Part shown: piece by piece, positions 14,242 through 27,190 of the stretch
Layout: every line of letters begins with the position of its first letter
Numbering within the stretch: position 1 is the first letter of the stretch
DNA from: Raja brachyura
Lineage: Eukaryota
DNA length: 64,000 nt
Assembly: GCA_963514005.1 (NCBI GenBank)
Contig: OY740781.1
Location: 148,614,001-148,678,000 of the forward strand
Direction of reading: 5' to 3'
Notes under the pieces: generated by a model
Told to the model about the DNA's origin: nothing
The model's input: the letters and a program-made list of their open reading frames with translations, nothing else
The model's database searches: none
Translations under genes and position numbers: made by a program

Positions 14242-17064
14242 AGGTTGATTGATTTATTTGTGTGGAACAGTGATGGAAGTTTGATTTTTGCGTTGTTTCT
14301 CTGAGTTTTTCTCTATATATATGCATAACAGCATGAATATAATCTGATTTCCATACATGAATATAGTCATTCATGTGCTGCACCTGTTTAACAGAGCCTG
14401 GCTCTGTTGTGGAATGTAATTAAGAACGTAATTTAGCCTAACCTTATTCATAACTAATCCAATTTAAAGCATAAATGTTGCATCCAAGTATAAGTTAAAA
14501 GACTCGCTACAGTATGCACCAGATTGCACAATTTCTAGCTGAAAACTGTAAAAGCTGCTTACCGGGGAACATCCCCATACCCCCCCATCGTACGCTCCCT
14601 CGCAATTTCTCACTCTCAACTCTCACCCAATGTTGGCAGCCCTGATCTAAATGAAGTATTTAACAAAATAAATGTTGTTTTGAGCTAGATTAAAAAATGA
14701 TGTATAACTTAAGGATGGTTTTATTCAGTGACCATACAACTGATTAGTTGTGTAGGAAAGAACACACACACATATATGTTTAAGAAGGAACTGCAGATGC
14801 TGGAAAATCGAACCCGCACCCGCTGAGTTTCTCCAGCACTTTTGTCTGCACACATATATGAATGTGATATAGATGTATATAATCATATAACACACACATA
14901 TATATTTCTCCAGATTTGTATATATAATGATAAACTTTATTTCGGAGACAAGGCCCAGACAAGGGACAACATTATATAAAAATACATTGCAACCTCCCTG
15001 CATGTTTACCCTGGCATCCCAGCCATGCTGATCCGGGCCCGACTTCCCACATGCTGTGGAAGGAACATGGGCATTTTTTTGCTTTTTATTGTGAGGCAGA
15101 GAGGCAGAAAGAAAATGAGAAGATTTTTACCAAAGATGTTTGATTTTTATGAGGATGTTTCCATAACTGGTTTCTGTCTCCGCACTAATATCTTTGCTAT
15201 GCTATGGCGGACAGAGATGGCGAAGACGGAAGCCGGTTACGGAGATGGGGCCGAAATTTACCCATGAATCTGCCCATGACCGTACTACGTCTTTTTCATC
15301 GAGTGGGCTATTTTGCTCACTATAGGAACTTTGGTTTCTAGATGCAAGTTAACAGAGATTAATTATGCAACATGTGCCTAGATGTTCAAGAAACCAAGAC
15401 AAGGCTCAACACTTAACATAATCGACATCTAGCAAAGTAAAGCTTTGCAACAATATTTACAATGTGTATGTCTGGTTTGCATTTACCCAATCCGTTTCAT
15501 GCAATTTACACCTAATTGTAAGAATCTGCAGATGTCCCATTCTTTCCCTGCAACTCTTATCTAGGCTCCAGACAAGCTGGCACCATTCTGCAGCCTGTCC
15601 CATTTCTACAGAAGGCACATTTAAATTGACCAAATGGCCGAACAGCACAGAAGCCTTTACTCAATTTCAGTGTCCTGGCATTTCCAATTTGACCAGAATT
15701 AACATTGGGATAAATAAAGTTCTATCGTATATATATCGTATCAATATACAGTAAAAATTTGGACTTCGCTTCTGGGATTTTTTATTTGGAATAAACTATG
15801 CAATCCATAATTCATTCCTGTAGATGTTTTTCCCACAATGCTTGTAAAGACTGCTCCTGCAGAATTTAGAGAGATCTCTGTGCAGGAACCTACCTCGCTG
15901 GGGCCTCAATTTATGCATATTCTCTTTTTATTCATTATTTAATCTTCTACAACCCTACAATTCTACATTGGGATAGTTCCAGCTTCAACTACCTCATCTA
16001 GCAGCTTGTTCCATACACCTATCACCCTTTGGGAGACCATCTAAAACCAAGATCTGTAATGTCTTGGCACCATAACTTCAAAAGAACATAGCATCATTTG
16101 AGAATTAATGACCGAGAACGACGTGAAAATGTTTTCATTGGAGAAAATTACATGAAGTAAATAATTTTAATTTGATTTGAATTAATTTGGGCAGATTACT
16201 TTGACTATATTCGCACTAATAGAGGATATTTTCACAATTTTGCCAAGCTTTAAAGAAGAACTGAAGTTTGAAGGTACTTATCACTAAAATATATCTGGAA
16301 TAGAAGCTTGTCAAATGCCATTAACAAGCAATTTATTAACCCTTCGAGAAAGGTGACTGGGGCCTGGTTAACAATGGAATCAAAGATTAAAGAAATGCAT
16401 AAAAGAATACATGAATAAATACTTTGTAGAACACAATTGTGCTGTGGCTGAGTCATCTATGAAAAGCAATTGCTCAGTGTAGTACAGAGCAAATTGTAAG
16501 AATGGATTAATATCTTGGTGTTTGATTTGATTTATCATTTAGAACCGAGAGAAATGTCAAACCTTGATTGTCTTCCCCAGGAGACAGAGTGGGTGTGCAA
16601 ATTTCAATCAGAGCAGATCCTACTCATTCTGTGGAGTGACAGGATTAAGGTGGTGAATGCATATTTCACATTCCATTTATTTCTTGCATGTTTCAGGAGG
16701 AATTTTACATTTTGAAATTGAGCTACCTGTTGTTACATTCCTCGACTAATTTCAATTTACATTGTAAATCAAAACTACAGTCCCACTTGTTTGATGCCAG
16801 CAACAGTCATAATTGTAACGCAAAGGAATATCAAGCTACACCAAGCCAGTTTGTGCTTAATTCTGCACTCTATGCCTGATAACCCATTTGCTTTTCTTTC
16901 AGCCACACTTATTTTTGAGTGTTCCGTGTTTCCAAGTGCAACCATCTCACAAACAGCAGTATTCCATACACAGAGAGAAGACCTCAAGTGGTGGAACCAG
17001 AGGCCCTGCCCTTAAAATACTCTGATATCATTTTTGACTGTTTGCTGCTGGTAAAGACATACTT

Positions 17065-17280
17065 TTGAGATACAGCATGGAAACAGGCCCTTTGGACCAC
17101 CGAGTCCATGTCAACCAGTGATCACTCCGTGCACTAACACTATCCTACACACTAGAGACAAATTTAAACTTTCCATAGCCAATTAACCTACAAACCAGGA
17201 TGTCTCTGGAATGTTGGAGAAGGCCGGAGCACCCAAAAGAAACTCATGGTGTCACAGGGAGAACTTGCAAACTATATTCA
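17065..17280 (-). mobile_element. HE1-type SINE fragment
   Basis: GGAAACAGGCCCTTTGG..GCCAATTAACCTACAAACC..CACAGGGAGAACTTGCAAACT. Confidence 0.75.
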
Positions 17281-17299
17281 AAGGATAGAGAAGGAGATA

Positions 17300-19325
17300 G
17301 AGCACGGAACGGAACTATATGCCAGTTAGATAAGCTTTTGTCATTACAAATATCAAAAGCTATTATCGATGACTTTTGAATAGGTCACTTTTAAAATTTC
17401 AAAAATAGCAGGCTCAGTCAATATGGTTTGGTGAAAAGCAAAGAATTTAATGACCAATTCAATGGTGTTCTTTGAAGTAAGGTGCTGTAGATAAAGAAGA
17501 ATTATTTCTTGTTCTTAGATTTCTAGATGACATATGTTACGGTGACACAGAGGCTATAGTGAAAATAAACGGTTATCACACAGAGGGGTAACAAATTTCT
17601 GTGAAAAAGAAGACTGGTTGGATATCAGAAACCATAAGCATAAATGAGTTTTCTTGTTGGCAAGATGAAACAAGAGATTTGCACTGCGATTGATACTGGG
17701 CATCAGCTCTTTAAAATAGGCATCAATGTGTGGATGAAGACATTGAAGTTATGATTGAGAAATTTGCTAATGGCATATAAATAGCTCAGAAAAGTAGGTT
17801 GTGACAATAATGTAAGAAGACCACTAAGGAGTACAGGTTGGTTAAGTGAATGCGCAATGAACTGGCAAATGGTGTATGATGTGGAGAAAACTGAAATTAT
17901 CCATTTTGACAAGAGGAACAAGAGTCAGCAAAACAACAAACGGATGACCATAAGCAAAGTTCAGAGATGCAGAGGGATCTAGGTGTTCCAGTGTATGATT
18001 CACAAAGTTCTATTATTCAGAGGGTACGGGTAATCAGCTGTGCTAACAAAATGGTTTTCTTTATTGTAAGGGGAATTAAATGCAGAATTTGGGATATTAT
18101 GCTTCAGTTGTATAAGACCACATCTGGAGTTTTGAGCGTAGTATTGGTTTTCTTATTTACAGAATTAGAACAGTTTAGCACAGAAACAGGTCCTTCGGCC
18201 CACAATGTTTGTGCCAAACACGATGCCTAATTAAACTGATCTCACCTGCCAGTACATGATGCAAATCTCTCCATTCTGTGTGTTTCAATGTGCATACCTA
18301 AAAGGCACTATCATATCTGCCTCCCAAACCACACCTGACAATGCATTCCAGGTCCCCACCACTGTCTATGAAAAAAACTGACTCCATACATCTCATGCCT
18401 CTCATAATTTTATATACTTCTATCAAGTCTCCTCTCAACCTCCAGAAATTCCAGAGAAAAGAAAACAAGTCTATCGAACCTCTCCCTGTAGCTGAAACAC
18501 GAATCTAGGCAGCATTCTGGTAAATCTCCTCTGCACCCTCTCCAAAGCCACATCGTTCTTGTAACGGGGCACCGAGAACTGCCTGCAATACTCCAAATGC
18601 AGCTTAATCAAAGTCCTAGAGAGCTGCATCATGATTGTCTGACATATTCAATGCCTCCAGTAATGAAGGCAAGCATACCATACACCTTCTTTACCACCCT
18701 GTCTACTTGTGCTGCCACCACAAGGAGCTATTTACAGGAGGGTGTTAATGTATTGCATTTGTGTTTATTATATATGATCTATGTATATTATGTTTACTGG
18801 CCTGTTATGCTACTACAAGTAAGAATTTCATTATTTTGTTGTTAGTACATATGATGATTAAATACCCTTGATACTTGTATTGGAAGCAATTGTATTGGAA
18901 GCATGTTGAAAGGCTGAGTAGGATAACACCTGGAATGAAGAATGAGGGGGGACCTCATTGAAACATACAGAATAGTTAAAGGCTTGGATAAGAGTGGATG
19001 TGGAGAGGATGTTTTCACTAGTGGGAGAGTCTAGGACTAGAGGTCAGCCTCAGAATTAAAGAATGTTCCTTTAGGAAGGAGATGAGGAGAAATGTCTTTA
19101 GACAGAGGGTGGTGATCTGTGGAATTCTTTGCCACAGAAGTCTGCAGAGGCCAAGTCAGTGGATATATTTAAGGCAGAGATAGATAAATTCTTGATTAGC
19201 ACAGGTGTCAGAGGTTATGGGAGAAGGCAGAAGAATGGGGTTAGGAGGGAGAGATAGATCAGCCATGATTGAGTGGCAGAGTAGACTTGGGCCGAATGGA
19301 CTAATTCTACTCTTATTCCTTATGA
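17300..19325. mobile_element. Cluster of CR1 fragments (about 17300-18160 +, 18165-18730 -, 18935-19325 +)
   Basis: Degenerate RT and C-terminal motifs (QRDLGVPV, MLQLYKT, RMRGDLIETY) occur in both orientations. Confidence 0.75.
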
Positions 19326-19599
19326 ATTAAGTTTCTTAAGAGGAAAGGACAGGAATTTAGTGAAGTGAAATGAGACTTCATTGAAAGGAAGGAGCACAAG
19401 GGAGTTTTTACAGTGTGATTGTGGAGAAGATGTTTTCTTTTGCGAAATAATCTAGAGCTAGAACTGTTTAAAAATAAGAGATCAAACAACCGAAGAAAAA
19501 AGTGAGTTTCTTTTCTTTGAGAAAGTAGTGAGTCTTTGGAACTCATATTCTCACAGGAGAGTATAGGAAATCTTTACACACTTTTATGATAGGGATAAA

Positions 19600-19812
19600 T
19601 ACATATGACAGTCCTGCCAACCCGGGGATTAACCTTGTGAACCTACGTTGCACTCCCTCAATAGCAGGGATGTCCTTTCTCAAATGAGGAGACCAAAACT
19701 GCACACAATACTCCAGATGTGGTCTCACCAGGGCCCCGTACAACTGCAGAAAGATCTCTTTACTCCTATACTCAAATCCTCTCGTTATGAAGGGCAACAT
19801 GCCATTAGCTAC
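19600..19812 (-). mobile_element. CR1 LINE ORF2 fragment
   Basis: Encodes ANGMLPFITRGFEYRSKEIFLQLYGALVRPHLEYCVQFWSPHLRKDIPAIEGVQRRFTRLIPG, a canonical CR1 C-terminus. Confidence 0.88.
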
Positions 19813-19829
19813 CACACTCTAAAAGACGT

Positions 19830-19980
19830 ACACGTTTATAATTAATTGGTTTTATTAAAAATTGTAAATTGTCCCTAGTGTGTAGGATAGTCCTAGTGTA
19901 TGAGGATCGCTGGTCGGCACCGATCCGGTGGTCCGAAAGACCTGTTTCCATTCTGTATCTCTAAACTAAACTAAACTTTA
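19830..19980 (+). mobile_element. HE1-type SINE 3' half
   Basis: GTAAATTGTCCCTAGTGTGTAGGATAG..CCTGTTTCCATTCTGTATCTCTAAACTAAACTAAA. Confidence 0.75.
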
Positions 19981-20837
19981 CTCAACCCGTACCATTTTCA
20001 TCAAGGAAGAAATGGATGCTTACATTTATCCCAAAAAGAGGGGGGGGGGGGGGGGGGGGAAAGATGGGTATACAAGAAATAGTCAGGATATTTGTTTTAC
20101 CACAATTACAGTTAATCTTAGATAAGTTTGAATTCTTGTGGGTTAATACTTGACTGTACAGCACTACTAGTCATCCAACTTGCAACTGAAAACAGCATTC
20201 CTTCCAATCATGTACATTTCTCTATAAGAACAGAGATTGTTTTAAGCATTAGAGGAAGGAAAGTGTATGTGGAAGATAGACACAAAATGCTGGAGTTACT
20301 CAGCAAGGTAGGCAGCATTACCTATGTGCTTGTTCTGCCATTCAACTGGATTGTAGCTAACTATGTTACCTACTTTTGTTAGGTGATCCTTTTAAAAGCC
20401 TACTTAAGAAAAATGTAGCAAACTCAGAAATGAAAACCTTAGTTGACCCAGCATTCATAGCCATTTTCAGTTCAACATTCCAGATTTCCCCACACTTAGT
20501 GTGAAAATGCAGTCTGTTACACTAATACATGATGGCCCAGTATATTTTAAGATTTGGCTTACTGGATTTGCCAGGAGAGAAAATCAGATATTTTTATCCG
20601 TCCACTGAAATCCTTATATTATTTTAAGAAACTTAATTTTTGCTATTGCCATAGGTTTATTATTGCCACATACACTGAGATAGTGAAAAGCTATTTTTTG
20701 TGTGTGATCCTGGCAAATCATACCATGAATGAGTACATCAGTTAATGCAAGGGAGAACATTATCAAGAGTGTATATATAGTGTTACCGTTACAGAGAGAT
20801 TCCAAATAAAAGAAAGTGAGTAGATAAAAAGGTAGAC

Positions 20838-22380
20838 CGTTTTATATGCTGTATGCGACGGCTGATGGGGTGGAAGGTGAGGACAAGGGGGACTCTGTCC
20901 TTGTTGCAAATGAGGGGGAGGGGGAGCAAAAGTGGAGCTGCGGGGTATCGAGGAGACCCTTGTGAGAGCCTCATCTATAATGGAATTGGGGAACCCCCGT
21001 TTCCTAAAGAATTGGGGAACCCCCGTTTCCTAAAGATCTAGAATGGAAAACCTCATCCTGGGCGCAAATGCGGTGTAGACGGAGGAATTGGGAGTAGGGG
21101 ATAGAGTCTTCACAGGAAGCAGGGTGGGAAGAAGCATAATCCAGATAGCTATGGGAGTCAGTAGGTTTGTCGTAGATGTCAGTCAATAGTGATGGAGACG
21201 GTGAAATCCAGAAACGGTAGGGAGATGTCGGAGATAGTCTGTGAAATTGAGCGCAGGATGGAAATTAGTCATGAAGTTGATGAAGTCGGCAAGTTTTGCA
21301 TGGTTGCAGGAGGCAGCACCGATGCAGTTGTCAATGTAGCGGAGGTAGAGTTCGGGGATAGGGCCAGTGTACACCTGGAACAGTGATTGTTCAGGCATAG
21401 CTGGGGCCAAAGAGCAGGCATAGTGGGGCCCATGCGAGTGCCCATAGCCTTGGATTTGGAGGAAGTGGGAAGAGTCGAAGGAGAAGTTGTTGAGAGCATG
21501 GGCTAGCTCTGCTAGGCAGAGGAGAGTATTAGTAGACAAAAATTGGCTGTTTCTGCAGTCGAGGAAGAAATAGAGGGCCTTAAGACGTTCTTGGTGGGGA
21601 TGGAGGTGTAGAGTGACTGGACATCCATGGTAAAGATGAGGGAGTGGGGGCCTGGAAAACGGAAGTCGTTGAAGAGACAAAGAGGTGTGAGGTGTCTTGG
21701 ACATAGATAAGGAGGGATTGGACCGGGGGGATAGAATGGGGTCGAGGTATGTGGAAATTAATTTGGTGAGACATGATCAAGCAGAAACAATGGGTCTGCC
21801 AGGACAGTTCTGTTTGTGGATTTTGGGGAGGAGATAAAATCGGGCCGTGCAGGGCTGGGGAACAATAATGTTGGAGGCTTTAGCGGGCAGTGAGCCAGAA
21901 GTAATAAAATCAGATATGATGTGTGATATTTCAGGTCTGGTAGTCGTCTGTCGGGTCATGGTCCATGAATAAGTTGGAGGTGTCTGAGAGTTGTTGCCTG
22001 GCCTCAGCTCGGTAGAGGTCAGCGCACCAGACAACCACGGCGCCTCCCTTGTCGGCGGGTTTGATTATCAAGTTGCTGCAGAGTGAGCAGAGGGCTGTAT
22101 GTTCAGGCAGGAAGAGGTCAGAGTAAGTAAGGGGAGTGAAAAGGTGTAGGCAGTTTTGCTGTCCCGTCGGCAGTTGGAAATGATAAGGTCTAAAGAAGGT
22201 AGAGGGTCATCCGAGAGGAGGGGGTGCGGTGGAGACGGGAGAAGGGGTCATCACTGGATGGTGAGGACTCCTTCCCATAGAAAAAGGCATGGAGGCAGAG
22301 GAAGAAGAGCTCTACATCGTGGCAGACCCGGAACTAGTTCAGGTGCGGGCAGAGGGGAACAAAGGTGAGACATCCGCAGA
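20838..22380 (-). mobile_element. Penelope-like element (PLE) reverse transcriptase remnant
   Basis: PLE-RT motifs FYLLPKIHK..CPGRPIVSA, AMGTRMGP, YLRYIDNCIG and TDIYDKPTDSHSYLDYASSHP..SIPYSQFLRLHRIC are present with frameshifts. The GIY-YIG portion is not seen. Confidence 0.88.
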
Positions 22381-22589
22381 GGACAGACCTCATTAGTTAC
22401 ACATTAATTAGTCCTTTTTACAAGTGAGCATTATACTTTAGTAATTTGTGTTCTTGATAGGCAAATCCCTTTGCTTCTCCACAGTGCTTCACCAGCTAAA
22501 TTGGAAGGACCCCAAAAACAGGAACATAGATTCGAATGAGCAGTTCGCTCACACAAAGGAAAACAAAGGGATCTTGGATGCCTTGCATA

Positions 22590-23725
22590 CAAAGTAATTG
22601 AAGTTAATGTGTGGATTCAGCAAACAATTGGGGAGGCAAATGATGGACTTTATTGAAAAGTATTTAGTACAGGGGCAGAAACATCTTGTTCCAATTATGA
22701 GAAGTATTGTTCCCAGTGAGAATGCATCTGAAAATGTTGGGCAGGTTAGGTGATCCTCCCAATGGAAGAATGTATTTGTGACATAGAGAGTGCAGCAAAG
22801 GTTCACCAGATTGAATCTTGGGGAAAGCTGGTTTGCCACACAAAGAAAAGTTAACCGAATCTGGCCTATCCATTTGAGTTCAGAAGAATGAGAGTTAACT
22901 GCATTGAAATGTACAAAATTCTTAAGAAGCTTTTCAGGGCAAATGTGGAGCCAATATTTTCCTAGGGTAAGGTGCCTAGAACCAGGTATCACAGTCCCAA
23001 ACTAGGGATTGGCCATTCAGTGGCAGAGAAAAAATGTAATTATCCAAAGGAATGAAATCTGTTGAATTCTTTTCAGGTAAGGACTTCAAGGGTTCAGTCG
23101 TGGTATATTTGAGAAAGCATTTGGTTCCCTTAATCACAGAAAATCTAAGGAGATGAGATTAGCCCAGGAAAATTGAAATTTAGGTGGAATTCTGGCAAAA
23201 GGCAAAAGCCTGAGCCTGAAGCCAGTGGCACCCCATTTGTTACAGCCTTACGGACAAAAACATGCATTAGACTTTACTCTTTACTTTCTGTCACTAAGTT
23301 AATTTTGGATCCAATTTGCTAGTCTCCCTTGGATCCCATGCGCTTTTAATTTTTGACCAGCCTGCCATGTAACATTTTGTCAAAAGTCTTACTAAAATCC
23401 ATGCAATCTACAACTAATGCACTGCTCTCATTGACCCTCCTTGTTACCTCCTCAAATAAAATTCAATTAGGTTAGTTAGTCACAACTTTCCCTCAACAAA
23501 TCCATGCTTCCCCTGATTAATTTGAGCCTTCCTAAACAAAGGCTTATACTTTCAAAATGGAATCCAATAATTTGCTCACCACTCAAGTTAATTTAAGTCG
23601 CCAGTAATTACTTGGTTTATCCCTTCTTCCCTTTTAAATAGTAATATATCAGCAGTTGTCCAAGTTTCTGGCACCATCCCTGTAGGCAGGACGAATTTAA
23701 GCGTTACAGACAGGCCCTCTGGAAT
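22590..23725. mobile_element. Two degenerate CR1 fragments (about 22590-23200 +, 23200-23725 -)
   Basis: The plus strand shows RVQQRFTRL-like sequence and the minus strand shows a DFSKTFDK RT motif. Confidence 0.65.
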
Positions 23726-25423
23726 TTCCTTGCTCAGTTTTTTTTTTTAACTTTTTTTTCGGTTGATTTAACATTCCTGCCATCAGCTCAAATATTGAAA
23801 CTTCAAGCAATTCATGGATTTTCAATGTGGATGAATAAAGTGAGACGCTGGAGACAGGTGGACTGCAGCTGGACAGTGGGAAGGAACAGTGCACGTGCCA
23901 GCTCACCACGAGGTGAGTTCTGATATGGCTTATGCTGCAGAGGACTCAAGCAAGTTTTTTGATGGGAAACCACAATAGGTCGCTAATGTATAAGTGCAAT
24001 GAAATATCGGCATGCCATCCAGAAAACTTGCGTGCAATATGAAAGAAGATGAATGTCCAGCACCATCCTTTCCTAGGGTGTTGCAGATAGCTTGTTGCTC
24101 ATCTTTTTAAACTAGGATATGGTGAGTAACTCCATTAGCACATCGTAGAAAAAGGAAATGCAGGTGTGGTCTAGAAAAAAAAAAGTGCGGGAGTAACTCA
24201 GAATATGTATAGGTGATGTTTTGGGATGAGGAACCCTTTTTCGGGCTGGATAGCTGATGTTTTAAATCAGGACTGAGTCTGAAGAAGGGTTCTGATCCAA
24301 AACATCACATTTTCTTGGTCTCCAGGGATGCTGCCTGACCCCCTGAGTTACTCCAGCACTTTATTTCCATTGGCACATTCCTGGAGCAAATCAACATACA
24401 ACAACTAATGCCATCGTATTTTAGAGCACAGGCAGAAATCACCCAAACTCTGGGAGCTGCTGTGGAAATGTGGAATTATGTCCAAAACATACAGCTTCCA
24501 AACTGTGGAAGCTCAACTTCCTACTATATTATTGGGGCTGCAGCATCAGTCTACAAATAGTGTCATGAAATTCAGCAATATATCAGCAATAATTCCGCTT
24601 TGCCCCATGAAGTGGCAATGGCTCCATGGAGAACACAACTGTTCTACCGCAATTCATGAATCACCATTCCTTTCACTGTATGTACAATTGTAATGTAGAA
24701 ATGTATTACACGGCATAAAATGATGTTTCATCCACCTATAATGTTTACCTTGTTTGCCAACCTTTGCTTTCCCATGTAGCTGTGATTGATGCAGGTAGCA
24801 CAATAGACAGTTGCAGAACACAAGTATCTTGACCAGTGCAAGGATGTAGCCAGTGGTCTCTGCATGCCTACAATACAGCTAAGATATTAAAGGAATGGAA
24901 TCACTTTATGAGTACTGCACGTCAGGATTAACAGGTAGCATCCACAAAATAGTATGAATGAAATCAAAACCATCCTGCACAATGGAGAATGAAGCTATGG
25001 GTCTAAATCGCATATATCATCTTTATTTGCTATTGTCCTGATACACTTAGTTCACTTGGAAAATAATATGTTCGTGATTGGTAAATCAATGATGGTAAAT
25101 TGCAAAATACTGTAGATATATCCAGGTACACTGGAAGAAAATCCATCTTTTAGAAATTTGATAAGAAAGCCATTTTGAAAGATGTTGCCAAATCATCTCT
25201 CATGCTACACAATGCCTGGGGTTGTAAGTGGTTCAGGTGGCAATTTTCATCGAGAATATGTCTTCTCAAGTAATAATGGCTTGTCGCATGGTACTTTAAC
25301 ATCTGCTCTGGATGCTTGTGAGTCATTTACCCAGATGCTATATAATATCTCATTAGCTCTGTATCCTAGTTATTTTTTTAACTTCTTTCTGTTCCATGAT
25401 GACCACATCTGCAGAATTGTGCA

Positions 25424-25700
25424 GGGGCAGCACAATAGCGCAGAGGTAGAGTTGCTGCCTTACAGCGCCAGAGTCCCAGGTTTGATCCCGACTACCTGTG
25501 CTGTCTATATGGAGTTTGCACATTTTCCCCGTGACTGCGTGGGTTTTCTTCCATTTTACAAAGCCATACTAGTCTGTAGGTTAATTGGCTTCGGTAAAAA
25601 TTGTTCCCAGTGTGTAGGATAGTTCCAGTGTACAGTGTGATCACTGGTCTGTGTGGCCTCGATGGGCACTGCATCTCTAAAGTCTAAAAGTAAAGTCTAA
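25424..25700 (+). mobile_element. HE1-type tRNA-derived V-SINE, near full length
   Basis: tRNA-like head (GCGCAGAGGTAGAGTTGCTGCC; GGTTTGATCCC), V-domain GGAGTTTGCACATTTTCCCCGTGAC, CR1-like tail and CTAAA-type terminal repeats. Confidence 0.85.
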
Positions 25701-26364
25701 TTGTGCTTCTGTCCATCATCAGTTCAATCTTCTCTGGCAATAGCAAATGGCCTGAATGAGCTTTTCTGCATCTGACATTGACATAATTCTGAGCCGCAGC
25801 TATTTCTGTCATGGGCCACTGTCTCATTGCAGGTGTTGCACCTGCCAAGAAGATCCCGGCACCCTTACTACATAACTCATTTTGAATTTTTCCTGGCAGC
25901 AATCCCCTCTTCCCTTCCTTACAAGTCCTTACAAATATTGCTCAAATGATATTGCTCCCTGTCAGCTTCTCTTGTGCCAGAATGAGATGTCATCCACTAC
26001 AGAAGGAGGGACCCTGAAAATTGTTGGTGATAAACCAAGTTGGTTTGACAAATTTATCTTTCCTAATGTGAACAGCCTCCTTCCTTTATGGAACCTAGAC
26101 GATTACAATGTGTATAGTTAGGGTGCATCTAACTGATCCATTTGGAAACATTAGCTATTGTCCAGAACCAGAAGCCTACTAATTGCAAATAGTACCCCAT
26201 AATCAAGCACGTGCCGCGAGTAATTACTCAGGGTAGGCACTCAGTCCGGTTTAAAAAAAAATTAAACCGCGCATGCGCAGATTGTTCTCCCCGTTAAATA
26301 AATAAATAAATTTTTAAAAAGTGACATTTCAATTTGCCCAAGGCTTCCTAGTCCTAGACCAATT

Positions 26365-27190
26365 GGGGGGACAGTTCCTTTCACAGCGTGTGGAGAGTCT
26401 GTGCCAGGGGTAAAGTTGTGGGGAGGGCACGAGTGTTGAGAAGGAGGGTGTCGGGGATACTGCCAGTGCTGGAAAGGACACAGAGAACATTTACGAGAAA
26501 GGTGCCAGGACTGGAGGGTCTGAGCGATATATAGAGGTTGTAGGCTGGACATGTGAGGAGCAATGGTGAAAATCGCAAGAAAGTACTTATCACAAAGTAC
26601 TGGAATCTTCACTCACTCACCACTGCCGCAGCTCTCCGGGCGCGAAGCCACGCACTGTAGCTGGGGATAGAAGCAGCTCGGGGAGCGGCCACCGGGACCA
26701 GACAGCTGAACTGGCCGCCACTTCAGCGCCTTCTGCCGGCCCGCTCACCTTTGGCAGTGCTCGCCGTCTGAACACCTGTCACCTGCCGTTAGCCGACTTC
26801 GCTCATGTCAGCGTCTTCCTGCAAATCCTTAAATTCCCACAGCCGAGTAACCTCAATCGCACTGTCGGAATTTAAGAATATGAGTGAGGCCAGCGAGCGG
26901 CAGGAGAAAGGTTTTTAGATGGAGAGCTGCCAGAGGTGAGCGGGGACCGGCAGAAGGAGCTAAGGTGGCGGCTGGTTCCGCTGTCCGGCCCGGCGGCCGC
27001 TCAGCCACCCGAGCTACTTCTCTCTCTCTCCCCCCACAGCCTCAGAGCGGTGTCATTCCATGCCCCCTTGCAAGGAGCGTCACAAGTGGATGCCCCGACC
27101 CCTCATTCATAACATTTGTGCCCCCCCCGCAACTTTACCCCAGGCCAGACTCCCCAAACGCTGTGAAAGGAGCTCTCCCCCCACCCCCCC
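26365..27190. mobile_element. GC-rich foldback/MITE-like element with long imperfect inverted arms
   Basis: About 26365-26460 is the inverted copy of about 27090-27190, and about 26665-26757 is the inverted copy of about 26927-27025. The outer boundaries may extend to about 26240 and 27260. Confidence 0.7.

Larger units (their letters stand above)
13414..14644. mobile_element. Nested TIR element (hAT-like, non-autonomous)
   Basis: The ends CAAGGCTGCCAAC and GTTGGCAGCCCTG form a 12/13 inverted match. The flanks show no matching TSD. It contains SINE and Penelope-repeat insertions. Confidence 0.5.
12447..15333. mobile_element. Non-autonomous DNA transposon (hAT or P superfamily) with about 33-bp TIRs and an 8-bp TSD
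   Basis: The left end is CAAAGATCCTATAGCGAGCAAGATAGTCAACTC and the reverse complement of the right end is CAAAGTTCCTATAGTGAGCAAAATAGCCCACTC. A perfect TSD GTTTCTAG lies at 12439-12446 and 15334-15341. No transposase ORF is present. Confidence 0.85.
12055..15461 (-). mobile_element. Solo LTR (about 510 bp: 12055-12446 plus 15342-15461), split by a DNA transposon
   Basis: Terminal inverted repeats TGTAAATA...TATTTACA (TG...CA). On the minus strand TATAAAA (12316-12310) precedes AATAAA (12137-12132), which is canonical U3-R-U5 order. No intact TSD is seen. Confidence 0.6.
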
